Source: Lama guanicoe (taxonomy: Eukaryota). Taken from it: a stretch of DNA of 64,000 nucleotides. Both the position numbers and the translations under genes were made by a program. Positions 39,300 through 51,757 of the stretch are shown here, piece by piece. The stretch covers positions 1,490,001 to 1,554,000 of the forward strand of contig MU053933.1 of NCBI GenBank assembly GCA_013239625.1. The letters run 5' to 3'. Below the pieces are notes generated by a model. That model saw only the letters and a program-made list of their open reading frames with translations, did not search any database and was not told the DNA's origin. Position 1 is the first letter of the stretch. Each line of letters begins with the position of its first letter.

Positions 39300-41045
39300 G
39301 CTTTTCATTGATCGGAAGATGCGATATTGCTAAAATGTCATTTCTCCCCAAAATGAGCTGTCAATTAAACACAATCCTAATAAAAATCCCAGCAAAATAT
39401 GGGGGGGGGGTAAGAAAGAATCCTCAAATTTATATGGAAATGCAAAGGACTTAAAAACAGTCAAAGTAACTTTGAAAAATAAAAACAAAGTTGGAGAATT
39501 TCCACTATGTGACTTTAAGATTTATTATAAAGTGTGTTGTTGGCATAATGATACAAAAATGGATCCACGGAACAGAAGTGAGTCCACAACTACACCTTCT
39601 CATATGTCACGTGATTTTCAACAAAGGTGCAAAGGCAACTCGGGGGAGAAAGGAGAGTCTTCAGGACAGATGCTGGTAGATCAACTAGGCGGCCGGATGC
39701 AAAAAAACCCAGCTTGGAGTTGTACCTCTCATTATACATAAATATTAACTCAGGCACCACAGATCTAAATGTAACATGCAAAACTATAAAACTAACAGAA
39801 GATTCTGCTATACAGCGCAGGGAGCTATGCTCAGTATCTTGTAATAACCTTTAATGAAAAAAAATATGAAAACGAAATACATATGTATCTGCATGACTGC
39901 AACATTGTGCTGAACACCAGAAACTGACACACTGTAACTAACAGCACTTGAAAAAAAATAATCGAAGAAAACACATTTTAAAAATCTGTGTGACCCTGAG
40001 TTTGGCAAAAATCTCTATACCAAAAGCATGTTTCATAGAAGAAAAAGAACAATTAAATAAACTTCATCAAAATTAAGAACTTCTGTTCTTAAAGATGCTC
40101 TTGAGAGAGTGAAAAGACAAGCAACTGACTGAAAGTATCTGCAAACTGCACGCCGACAAGGGCTTTGCCGGCAGGAAATACACAGAACTCTTAATATTCA
40201 ACTGAAACCACCTGATTTGCTTTTAATGGGCAAAAGATATGAACAGACATTTAATCACAGAAGATATATGGGTGGGCAAATAAACACAGGAAAAGATCTT
40301 CACCATTATTAGTCGTAACATGAATGCAAATTAAGACCACAGTGATTTGTCACACCCTTCCTGGAACATCTACAATTGAGAAGAACTACCACACAGAGCA
40401 CTGACGAGGATACGCAACAACAAGCACACCAACCACCTCGGGGGCGGGCGGTGCGGAGCAGCACGGCCGCTTCGCAAGACAGGGCGGCAGTTTCATACGA
40501 GCAGTTTCATACGAGCCGGCCACCCCACTCCTAGGTGTGTACCCCAGAGAAATGAAAGCATACGTCCATGCAGAACAAACAATACTGTTCACAGCAGCTT
40601 ATGTATGACAGCCAAAACCCGGGGACAACCCAAACGTCCAGCAGCAGCCGAGGACATAAAGCGGCTGCAGCACATCCACATCACAGAATACTACTGAGCA
40701 ATAAAGAGGAGCCAGCTGGTAACACACACAGCATGGGCGGACCTCAGCATAATCCTGCTGAGTGAAAGCAGCTAGGCAAAAAAGAACACAGAATGTCTAG
40801 TTCCATTCATATGAGCTTTTAGAAGACGAAAACCAACCTGCAGTGCGGAGAGGAGATGAGTGGTTTTCTGGGAAGAGGGGAGCAGAAGGCCGGGACGGAG
40901 GGACCCAGGGAGCACGGGCACCTTCGGAGCGACAGGTACACTCACCATCTTGACTGTGGTGATGATTTCATGGGTGTACACTTACGTCGAAACTTATCGA
41001 TAGTTGCTTAAGTGTGTGCAGTTTACTGCATGTCAATTAAAAAAA
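39300..41045 (+). mobile_element. Old L1 (L1MC/ME-type) ORF2 3' half and 3' UTR
   Basis: aaatttatatggaaatgcaaagga; ttttcaacaaaggtgcaaagg; ccactcctaggtgtgtaccccagagaaatgaaagc; actgtggtgatgatttcatgggtgtacac. Confidence 0.88.
39803..39960 (+). mobile_element. Short camelid-type L1 3' end nested in the older L1
   Basis: tatacagcgcagggagctatgctcagtatcttgtaataacc...acattgtgctgaacaccagaaactgacac plus A tail. Host text resumes at gaagaaaaca. Confidence 0.8.
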
Positions 41046-41721
41046 AACCTGTTGCAAAAAATTAGCATTTATCACCAAATGGAACCGAAGCTCAAAAAGA
41101 GAGATTGATCTGAATAATGAAAACACAAGGGAAGTTAATTTCGTGCACACTTGAATGAAATATGCCCCTACTGAAGACATAGTGCTAAAAGTGACAATGA
41201 ACAGACTGGGACAAAAGTGAGGTTACACTGGTGGGGAGGAAGAGGAGGAGGAGAAACAGTAAAGACAGCTTTTATCCCAAAGAAAACAAAAGCCCCTCCT
41301 CCACTAACACACGTGACTTCAGGGCGGCACTCTCCCTCAGACACCCCTTCTTTTCCCCACACTGCTGAGCCGCAGGGTCCCCTTCACCTGGGGTTCTGAG
41401 CCGTGGGCCACACACGCAGTGCTGTGCTCACCCCAGAGAAAGGGACCGGCTAAGGCCACCCACTCGCTGTCTTACTAGATCATTTTGCTTTGCATCGCAG
41501 AATCGTAACTAAATTGAAAGCAACACTTTAGAAGCAGAACTAGGAATGACTGAGCACGCCAGTGAGTTTTCCATCATTTGAAACCTCTTTTTTAAAATAA
41601 GTAACAGCGCCTTGGGGAGATCAATCCTAGCTTCCAACACTGCCTACTCCCTCCCGCCTCCGTGGGGCAGGGGCACAGGCCGCCCGCAGGGTGCACAGGG
41701 CACAGGGAGGCCCCTCCTTAC

Positions 41722-41825
41722 CACTCAGCAGCCACCAGAGCAGAGGGATGAAGCCTGGGCTCTCACTGATGTACTTCAGGCCCTTCAGGTTGATGCTCAC
41801 GTTGTACAGGGACATCAGCATTAAC
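41722..41825 (-). CDS. HSF2BP: HSF2BP coding exon (104 nt): (V)LMLMSLYNVSINLKGLKYISESPGFIPLLWWLLS(D)
   Basis: Lies within ORF 41627..41881(-). Acceptor tttcag|G, donor AGTG|gtaagg. Phases fit. Confidence 0.97.
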
Positions 41826-42379
41826 CTGAAACGTAAAAGAGAACGGTGTTGAAATGCTGGTGCCCCCACCGTTTCACTCAAAACACATCTCCTGGCTCAT
41901 GTGGCCTTAGCATACGCAGGGCTGTCCTCACACGTCACATGTCCGGCTCTGTGGTCTGGAAGACAGGCACAGCAAGCAGAAGGCATGTGAGATGCTACTT
42001 GTCTCTGTGAGGCTACATGAAAACGGGACACTAGCAATAATGCCACATAACACCATGATTAAGCTCACATAATCAAGAGACACGAGTGCAAAGCAGGCAT
42101 GGGAAACCTCAAAGCCACCGCACTGAGCAGTCTCTTTGGTTACCAGCCTGCGTTTATCTACCAGTGACCCTCAGCTCACCAGGACACTGCACACTGGGAG
42201 CCCAGGTCACGGCTTACAACCTAGTCCCATCTGCCATTCGCTGAGCGCCGCCCACAACGTCTGGAGGCCGGCGCGGCCACACACCCTGTCTACGCCACAG
42301 CACGAGGGAAGAAGGGCGCCACACCACAGCCCTACGTGTCCGGGGTCACGCGGGGCTTCACAGGTGGTCTTGGGACTGA

Positions 42380-43240
42380 GCGCGACTGCTAACGCAGAGT
42401 CGGATGAAAACTGGAAAACTACAGACTGGCTTCTGGTAACACTGTGGAGTACAGAGACCCCAAAACCTTCACACTGCACAGCAACAGAAAAAGCAACACA
42501 AATATTTTGCAAACCGTTGGAAAAAATGGATGAGCTTGCAAGAAATGAAGGGAAAACATCAGATCAGGAACTTAGTGGGAGCACAAATTTAGGAAGGTGA
42601 GCCCTAAAGATGACAGATCCCAGAGGCACAGAGTGTCAGTGCTGGTGCCTCGTGCAGAGGGACACGAAGAAAAGCCTCAGACCGACGCAAGACAGGGATT
42701 CGGAGCACAGAGCCCTGCAGAGAGCCAGGCAAGAGTGAGCTGCCAAGCGTGGTGTGAGTCCATACTTCTTGTATGGCCTGAAAATCCCCAACCCCATCAT
42801 TCTAATAAAGAAAGGAGGCCTGGGATAGGAGCTGCTCCAGCTGCCTGGCCAAAGTAAACGTTCTCTTAAAGGAAAGGACCCTCAAGTTGGTCTTCAAATA
42901 ATTCCCACAAATACAGTGGTAACAATTGTGAGTTCAGAGTGAAAATGACAAAACGTGAAAAATAAGACCCCCAGGACTCAGAACCAGAGACACAGCATCT
43001 ACAAGCCATCAGATACTGCAGTGTCCATGCAGAACAGTACGTTGATAGTATAAATAATTCAAAAAGAAGCTGAAAACACCATCAAGGAGCTCAAAAGAGA
43101 ACTTGCAACAAAGGGAACGATAATAACCCGACTGGTAAGGCTCAAGGGGAACCGACACCTGAAAAAGGAGAAAGACTGAGCAGAAGAGAGAGCTGAAGAA
43201 ATCGCAGCAAACAGCCAAGCTAGGGAGGAGGCAGCCCAGG
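42380..43240 (+). mobile_element. Ancient L1 5'/ORF1 remnant
   Basis: A-rich ORF1-like text ending gagctgaagaaatcgcagc; heavily diverged. Confidence 0.5.
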
Positions 43241-43466
43241 AAGGCGGGCGCCAGCACAAGCAATGCACTCAAAACACGAGGCAGGTGCCGAGGAGCCGCG
43301 CGGAGCGCGAGGAGGGCCCAGAACGCGGCGCAGGCTTCGGCCGCCGACCGCCGCAGGGAGGCTGGGGCGTGGGGGTCAGGCAGGCAAGTCTCCGCAGGGA
43401 CAGACGCCCGTCCTCCCCAGGAGGCGGCCCCGGGGCCCGGCGCAGACACGCCGAACCGCGAGCCAG

Positions 43467-43743
43467 CAGGCCCAGCGAGGCTGGGGACGGCAAGGCGCTT
43501 GCTTTGGCCGCCATTTTGAGGGGTGCCAAAAAGCTTAGAAACCAAGATGTTTTTTAATATAATGTAATTTTTCGTCAAAACTACTGCAAAACTTCCGTAA
43601 CAAGCAACATATCGAAACTTCAAATGAAGACAGGACCAGTGACAGAACCGCACCAAGACACCTTGGAGTCTGAGGCCAAAGGAGAGTCAGCAACAGTGAG
43701 ACACCTTGGAGTCTGAGGCCAAAGGAGAGTCAGCAACAGTGAT
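43467..43743 (+). mobile_element. MER96B-like hAT DNA transposon (partial)
   Basis: ttttgaggggtgccaaaaagcttagaaaccaagat...aagacaggaccagtgacag...ttggagtctgaggccaaagga...tcagcaacagtga follows the recalled MER96B consensus in order. Confidence 0.7.
43656..43741. repeat. Perfect 43-bp tandem duplication
   Basis: agacaccttggagtctgaggccaaaggagagtcagcaacagtg x2 (43656-43698, 43699-43741). Confidence 0.97.
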
Positions 43744-43829
43744 TCACTCCATCGGCAAGGGACCAACGAAGTAACTCACGGTGCCATGGAAACGTTTATT
43801 ACAGTTTTCTGTTAAGGTGGCTGGTTTTG

Positions 43830-44025
43830 AACACTGGCACACAAGCATCCGTGTCAAGCCCTCGGGGGTACGGCTGGGGTGGACTGCTGGGTCACACGGT
43901 GACCCCACGTGCAGCCTGCAGGGGCGCCGCCTGTTCTCCACGGCACCGGTGCCACTGTATGTTCCTACCAGCAACGTACTAGGGTTCCATGTTCTCCACA
44001 CTCTTGCCAAAACTTGTTATTTTTA
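43830..44025 (-). mobile_element. L1 ORF2 3' fragment
   Basis: ORF 43744..44010(-) ARVWRTWNPSTLLVGT; ttcctaccagcaacgtactagggttccatgttctccacactcttgccaa. Confidence 0.75.
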
Positions 44026-44610
44026 TTTAAAAGTATATATACAGGCATCAAGGGAAAAAAAGGTTGTTTCCCCACTAAAAGCAGTTTGTCAAAAGCAAGC
44101 TCCATGGCCCATGTGTCTTTCCAGACACACAGACTGGCACAGTACCTGGGCTGTGGTCACTGTCAGCACTCAGTTTAAATCTGGAGAGTGAACCGACCCC
44201 CGGGGACGGAGCGCCTCGGTGGGACAGCTCGCCACACAGTCCGTCTCTCCTGCTCCCACGGGCGTTCTCAAAGCCAAGGCAACGCTCTTGTCCAGGCAGA
44301 CACCACCAGACCAGCGCCCTTGGGAGCAGTGATGCCCGGCTCTCAAGTCACGATTCTCAGCCTCCTCACAGGCCACAAAATGAGCCAAAATTACAAATCT
44401 TTTCAAGTTTTCCTGACAATCTTTACACATATCCAAAATCTATGCACTGGGAAGCCATTTAATGAATTATTAACGGATATTCAAATGTCATATTCATGAC
44501 GAAAATTCAACACACTAATTAGAATTTTCTGAGATCTCTCATCCAGGATTTCAAGCAAAGTTCCTACTTCAGCTCACCAACACAGATAGTTGGAATTCCT
44601 CAAAATTCAA

Positions 44611-44734
44611 TGTATTTTCTATGCTGCTTTGTGGCTACCACAGCAGGGCTGAGTCACTGCAGCAGAACCACGTGGCCCTCAGGGCCTAAAACATTTCTGT
44701 CTGGCCCTTTAGAGGAAAAGTTTGCCAACCCCTG
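44611..44734 (+). mobile_element. MER58A 3' half
   Basis: tctatgctgctttgtggctacc...gcctaaaacattt...tctggccctttagaggaaaagtttgccaacccctg. Confidence 0.8.
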
Positions 44735-47700
44735 CTTTGGAGCATGAAAATAAGGTAAGCCAATTTTCTCTAGATCTTAAAAGGTGAAGTTAACATCTGG
44801 GTAATAACTGAAATATGGAGCAAACTCCAAAAAATATGTCCAGTTGAAATTCTTCCATTGACTGCCCTTTAATTTTAAGGTGGCAAAAACATAAACTGAC
44901 AAACATCTCTGAAACTTCGTATTTGGTCACAATCAGCCATCCTCAAGAAGCTAAAGTGGACCAGACGTAATTGCAACGACCATGGTGCCACCTGACCTGG
45001 CATTACTGCCAGGTTCCGTCTTCCAGAAGACCAGAGGCTTCCTCAAGGTCACACCAGAACTCAGCAAACAATGAACTCTGGTTCTTATGAAAATGCTTCC
45101 TATCCCAACATTTCTACTCCAACCGAAAGCACTTTGTAAATAATGTATCAAGTCTCCGACCGTAAGTCAGCAGAGACTGCCCATTCAGTTCACTCTCCCG
45201 GCACTTCAATGTGGAACGTAAATGTCATTTCCCAAACTACTGTAGTTCTAGGAGTCGTTTTTCCTTCCAGTGACAAAAAAGGCAAATTCTGCTTCTTACC
45301 ATGATCCTAAGCAGAAGATACATAATAAATGGATTAATGGATTCCAAAAGAGCAGCTTCCCGATCTCTGCAGTCTTGAGAATCTTAACATGCACTTGACA
45401 TTGATTTAAAAAAGGACTGAAAGGCAGCAGCAAACTTGAGTGCTACAAAAGCAGCCCTCCTTGAGTGAAAGGCCTCTCCTCGCCTGCAGACCCCAGGCCA
45501 CGCCAGGGAGTGAACGGCTCTCCTGGTGAGAAGTCAGAGCCCTCCGGACTGCCTGGCATCCAAGGCTGAGTCACCAAAAGCAAAGGTGATGCAACTCAAC
45601 TGCCTTATTCCTCATTGTAAAAGAAAGTATAACTTGTAACCTAGAAGCAGCAAGGAATCAACACACCCAGCACTTCAAAGAAACCAGCAATAAAAATAAA
45701 CCAAAAGGCATGACTGTGACGCCTCCCGGCCTGAAGCGAAGCCCACAGTGCATCACCCAAAACGGATGAAAACCTAAAGTAGCCCAATCAGCACCACCAA
45801 GTGATTCCAAGGAACAAGGAGCAATAAAGGTCTCCCCCGGGAGAGAAGAGCACCGGCAGGCAGCACAGCCAGACGCTCAGACCAAACGACGGCAGAGCCT
45901 GCAGCTGGAGGCCCACCGCCGTTAAAGGGGAACCGCCGTCAGCGGCTGGGCGGGCTTGCTTCAGACCCGCTGTCCCCTCCCCAGGCAAGGCAGAACCTGA
46001 AGGCTGTGGTCCGTGCCACGCGTAATCCCAATCGGACACCTCAGACTAAACGTCACACTGAAGAACAGGAAGAGAGAACGAACACGACCGCCCCCCGCCA
46101 GCTGAGAAGGAAAACCTCCCCCCCAGCCACACCCCGTGAGCCCTACCTGAGCCCGCACTGGAGGGCCGGCCCCACCTCCCCCGCTGTGTGTGCGTGCCCG
46201 CCACACACCTCCGGACACGCGCACGCAGCCCTGACCACGCCTGTCCGCATCCACATCAGCAGGGTGGCCACAGCGGCTTCCCCTCCACAGCGACACATCT
46301 GCCGTGCGGACCCGCGTGTTCTACTGCGTCCCACTGTGTCCCCACGTACCGGTCACAGTCTGCCTGTCCCTGCTCCCACTGCCCGAGGTGCACTTTCCTC
46401 ATCAAACACTTAACTGTTAACCAACATCCTAGAAATCGATCAGAACGTCTTCAACAACGACTCTCCTACCACCTGGACTACTGACGGTCTGACTGGGAAC
46501 AACTCAGGAACCCAACCAAGAACAGCAACAGAACAGCAGTGGGGAAACCAGACTGACCAGGAGAGGCTCGGGGCCCTCCGCGCCAGGCTGTGCCAGCACG
46601 ATCCGTGGCGGCCCTCTGTACCCCAGACACGGCCCAGACCCTGCCCGCCCCCTGCACCAGACTCGGGAGTGCAGGCCTGACACCCGAGGCCGGAGGGGGC
46701 GAAGAGGACCGGGGCTGGCGAGGCTGGGGAAGCGCCTGGCCCCTCAGCCCGGGTGCTGGCTGACCACGCACAGGCTATGCACAGGCACATGGGGAGGAGG
46801 TGGACAGAACCCCTCCAAATTCTAGCAGAGCTGGCAAGTGGTCTGGTACGGACCCCGGTCCCTGCTGAAGGTTGTCACAGCACAACTGGGAGAAAACAGG
46901 CCGAAAAGAAGCCAGGGAAGCGGGAGCACTTGGAAATGCAGAAGCAAGAGACAGCCACTGACTGAGCAAAATCCCAGGGGCCACTCATCAAAAGCACAGC
47001 AGACCCCACCCAGCGGTGGGCAGGCCGCTTGCCAAAAACCCCAAGAAGCCACACGCTTCTCCGACACGTGAGAGAAGTGAGGGCGGGTGGGCATGAGTAA
47101 GGGAGGCAGCGGGATGAGCAAGCTCACACCCACGCCCCTCGGCTCTCCTGGGGGAGCAGGAAGGACCACCACCTGCTGGGACACCCCCCCAACCCTGCAG
47201 AGGACAGAAGAACAGCACAGTGGTCAGCACCACAGAGACAGCCTGAAGTCTGCCCTGGCCCCTGTGCAGCTCCGAGCGGGGCTGATGGGGGCCCAGGACC
47301 AGGAGGGGGCAGAACGGCGGGAAACCTTCTCAAGTGTCACTGCCACAAGCAGAAGAGAAGGCACGCGGCTGGTCCAAGGTCAGAGCCTCGGCCGACGGCA
47401 GGGAGGCGCCCGTGGCTGCTGTCAGGAGGAGGAACAGAGCCCCAGCGCATCTCACGAGGGGATCCAGGTAAGCTGGATGGAGGGAAGCCATGGGGCAGAT
47501 GGAGTGACTGGAGGAGAGAGAAGTAGTGAGGAGCAGGGGTCTCTGCAAGGTAAAGGGAGGAGTGAGGGGAGAAAGGAGTCAAACAAGAGGAAGGCATCTG
47601 GGGTACACGGCAGAGCTCCCATCTCAGGCTGAAGAGCGTGCACAGCGCCAACATCCAGGACGTGGCTGCAGGGTGGGTTACTCACAGGGAAGAGCACCTG

Positions 47701-48094
47701 ACATCTCTGCAGCCGAGAAAGGCCAACGACCCTGACATTAACTGCTGCACAAGTCACCAACAAAGATGTTCAAGTCATTCGCGCCTGCAGGAGGTGGGGA
47801 GAGGACTAGTGAACAGGGGAGGGAGCACAGGTGGGTGCTGAGATCACTGGCTGCCTGAAGGTTTGGCGTGACTGTCAAGCAAGCAAGCAAATGTCTCTGC
47901 AGGCGGTTCCTCATCACCCACGGCAATGGACAGAGGCTCACTAGGACGAAAAGGCAGAGAGCTCTGCAGGCTGGGGCCAGAGAGGCTAGAAGAGACGCAG
48001 CCCTCACACAAAGCCTCACCTTGGAATCTGGAGGAGGGGGATGGCTGCTCTTGTAAACACTGTGTACAGACACAGAAGCAAAGGAGATGATGGC

Positions 48095-48560
48095 TTAGTA
48101 TCCAGAATATGCAAAGAGTGACAGCAAATCATTAAGAAAAATACAACCTAATAGAAAATGGGCAACAGACATGAACAGGTAATTCACAGTAAAACTCACA
48201 GTATGATGTGTGAAGAGTCTCAACCTTACTGGTAAGCTAAATCTAAAGACAGACAGACGTGGATAGATAATACAAGTATTCTTTATAAGAATATAATAAT
48301 GAAGTGTGCATGAGGGTGCAGGAACACAGAACACTGATGTCATATGGGTGGAAGTATGTACTTCAGTGACAAATTTGCAGCATTTTATAAAACTGGAAAT
48401 GTGCATGTCCTACTTCTCAAATGCTGCACTTCTGGGAAACTCCTGGAGGGGTTCTCACACGGGTCAGCAAGGAGACACTTACCAAATGTTTTCACTGCAG
48501 CGTAATACTTGTAGAGTAAAAGCTAAAAGTGACCTAAATGTCCATCAGCAGTGAGACGAC
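48095..48560 (+). mobile_element. Ancient L1 (L1ME-type) 3' fragment
   Basis: tagtatccagaatatgc...aatagaaaatgggcaacagacatgaacagg...acctaaatgtccatcagcag. Confidence 0.75.
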
Positions 48561-48719
48561 AATCCAAACATGACATTTTCTTTGATGTAAGTTACTTAAG
48601 AGGAATCAAGCAGATCCACAGACAACTTGTAAGAATATACACAAGACTATGACAGTCATACGTCGTCCTGTATTAGCCATGTTGTTCATGTACATACACC
48701 TGTTAGCACAAAACACTAA

Positions 48720-49745
48720 TGGACTGAAGAGCTTGGTTCCAGGTGAGATGGAGTAAATGCACCTGCCCTCTTCCTTCCTCTGAACACAGCTATAAATCCT
48801 GAACCAAATACAGGGAGCAGCTATGTTAGAGCCCTGAGAAGCCAACATTGGCAGGTGGACTGAGAAGAAGACCAGAATTATAAGAGCCACCAAACCAGCA
48901 ATGAGTTTACCACTCAGCCCCCAAGTCCAAGAGAGGCAGTGACCCACGCAGAGACGGCACCAGGAGAAGACCTCCAGCCCAAGCTCAAGGCGTAGGAGAG
49001 GGACCTCTTGGCAGGGACCTCACAGGCAGTGGGAGTCCCCAGGTAACCAACTCCGTGAGGGGGACCTTCCTCCCCGCCAGAAGGGCTGTGATCCGCCGTG
49101 CTCCCGCTTGCCCTGGACGTGGGCAGAGCCACAGACACAGGTGACACCTCAAGGCACACAAACCCCAGATTCCAGGAGAAGGACTGAAAGGGGAGCCCCG
49201 GGGAGCTCCCAAGTACCAAGATGTGTGGGGAGTTAAGAGTTCTGGAGAGGGACCCCACAAGGGCGTTTACAAGCTCCTGGCCTCAGCCCAAGCTACATCC
49301 GTGCAGACCTGATGGTAAACAGCACATCTAAGACTCTGGGGACCAAAGTGTCGACCATCACCCCAGTCTCAGTGACAGACATGAGAGGCAGACCCAATGT
49401 CACCGCAAAGGTTTTTTAAAAATGGGACTGATGTGGAAGCCACAAACAGTGCAGGCTGGTCAGAACTTGTGACTGAACCCATCCAGGCTGATCTCCTGCT
49501 GAAACAAAAACATCCACATTCCCCACAGGATTTGAACAAGACCCAGAGTCTCAAAACACAACATCCAAGTGTCCACGACGCAATCCAAGTTACCCAGCCT
49601 GTGAAGAAACAGGGAAAATCCCAACTCGTGTGGGTCAAGACAATCAAGACAAACCAAGGCCAAGACGACACAGATGTGAGACGTACCTGACAAAGACTTA
49701 AAGAAGCTGTTTCATAAAGCACTCCAAGAAGTCAAAGCAAACGCT
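48720..49745 (+). mobile_element. Ancient L1 5' region / ORF1 start
   Basis: atccaagtgtccacgacgcaatccaagttacccagcctgtgaagaaacagggaaa...tgacaaagacttaaagaagctg. Confidence 0.55.
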
Positions 49746-49757
49746 CAACTTAAATGA

Positions 49758-50400
49758 TGCAGGAGCAGAACCCTAAAACGGGTCACGACTTCCTGCCCTA
49801 ACCCCCAGGACTGCACACATAACCCTCTGGCCGTGTTAAGCCACCCGGGCACGGCAGTGAGACCCTGCAGTGCAAGCCAGGTTACTCACCAGCTGGCTCT
49901 GAGTTAATCAAAGGGTGTTTGCTCAGTTATGCCAAATTTAAACCTGCAAGCCCGACAAGAGCAGAGTTTCCTCTGGCTGTAGCAGAAGGGGAGACCCAAG
50001 AATTTCCAGAGTCTAAGAAAGACTCAGTGAGCTGCTGTGACTTGAAGGTGGGGCGGGGTCCCTGGAGGCTGAACGTGGCCCCATCCGACAGCCAGCAAGC
50101 AAACAGGGACCTCAGTGCTACCAACGCAGCGAACGGGGTTCTTCCAGCACCTGGACACCCCTGGACGCAGATTCCAACACAGAGCCTCCTGAAGAGAGCC
50201 CTGGCTAAGGCCCTGCGAGACACGTCGGAGACCCTGATCAAGCCCGCTCAGACCTCTGGCCTACAGACCTTGCCGAGGGTGTTGTTTCAGCCACTGAGCT
50301 GTGGTAATTTGTTCCACAGCAGCAGAAAATGAGCACGGACTCTGGCGCCTGGAAGTGGGGTGCTGCCACAAGCACCTGTTTCATGACCACCGTGAAGTGC
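49758..50400 (+). mobile_element. MaLR LTR (MLT1D/E-like) plus start of internal sequence
   Basis: acagccagcaagcaaacagggacctcagt...tgtggtaatttgttccacagcagcagaaaatgagcac, then int-like ggaagtggggtgctgcc. Confidence 0.8.
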
Positions 50401-50637
50401 CTGGGACAGCATTTGGAACTCACCCACTGCCCTGAGGTGAGAACATTCCTTCTGTTTATATCATCTTCCTAAAATAGTACTGAAAAGACTGCATCCCTTA
50501 ATTCTCCAGGAAATCTGTTTCTTCTATTTTTTAGGACGATAGCCAAATTAAGTGCATTTACTTGAAACAGAGGTCCAATCTGCAAATGCTAACTAACATG
50601 TAAATAAACATGAACTTTGAAACATTATCCACCGTAC

Positions 50638-50755
50638 ACTTTGAGTTTGGTGCACTGTCCCGGCTTCAGGTCTCCCAGAAGCTGCAGGATGGTGTCCAAG
50701 AGCACGCGGCTTGAGGTAACCAGGAACTCCCGGCCACATGCGACGGCAGCAACAT
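50638..50755 (-). CDS. HSF2BP: HSF2BP coding exon (118 nt): (N)VAAVACGREFLVTSSRVLLDTILQLLGDLKPGQCTKLK(V)
   Basis: Translated by hand. Acceptor ttgcag|AT completes the Asn codon; donor AAAGT|gtacgg. Phases 1/2 fit the neighbouring exons. Confidence 0.96.
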
Positions 50756-51757
50756 CTGCAACAGGAAGAGAAAACGAAGCGTCAGGATCGCTGTCGCTTC
50801 AGCGCCTAGAAAAGCCTGTCCAAGGCAGAACGGCTGCTGCTGCTCCTCTCCTAACAGACCTAGTGAAACACAGACGGCCGACAAGGCGCTAAGCGGTGTC
50901 GTCCACAGGGTGGGCAGCCCAGACGGAGTGACTGACAGTCACAACAGCTACGGAGACAGCGAGCAACGGCCTCTGTGATCAGCAAGTGCCCAGTGGTGGA
51001 ACAGAGCCCTGGGTCTAATGTGTCCGCAGCCTGAGCACAGCACAGCAAGTGGGCGCCAGGCTGCAGAAGACTGGATTAACAGCTGTGAGCAGTCAGGGTC
51101 CAAGTGGAAGGTGAGGGCTGACTGCTTTATCTGGGACCAGGACACTAAAACCCACGTTCAACCCTGGGACTAAAATCCTAATGGCTTGAACCACAATACC
51201 AAACTGAAATCATGAGGTCAAAAGAGAGTATGAAAATTGATTCTAAAAAAAAAACTTTTTTTCTGAATTGTGCATCCTATAGTGGGTCAACAGTATCACG
51301 TCTCTTCAGACCCGAGGCCCTGCAGACCAGCTGGAGACCAGACCCGGTCATTACACGGGCTTCCCAGGGAGCTGCAGCTAATGCTCCACCAACATTCCCA
51401 AGTACCTGGAAGGACACATCGGTGACCCAAAAACACTTATGTGTGTGCTGCTAAGACTCTTCTTAGCTAGCTCTATCAGTAATGCATGATTCAAAGTGAC
51501 TAAAATCCCTAACACGAACGAGCCAGCCAGCGTGGGAGAGCAGCAGCAGCCTGGCTCCCCCCTGACTTCGACGGAAACGCGTCTCCGAACTCAGTTAACG
51601 TGATGTCTGACGGGGGTCCTGGCGGATGTCCTCTCTCGTTTAAGAAAGTGTTGTTCTATTTTTAGTTTACTAATAATTGTCCAGGAGGGAGGATGAATTT
51701 TATCACTTACCTGTTCTGCCTCTGATTAACTGTATCTGATGGTAGAATATAAAAGTT

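Noticed and set aside
43009..43656. 215-aa minus-strand ORF
   Set aside because: It spans MER96B-like, CpG-patch and antisense L1 sequence; a chimeric chance ORF.
43656..43741. CRISPR-like direct repeat
   Set aside because: Two abutting copies with no spacer, in a mammalian intron.
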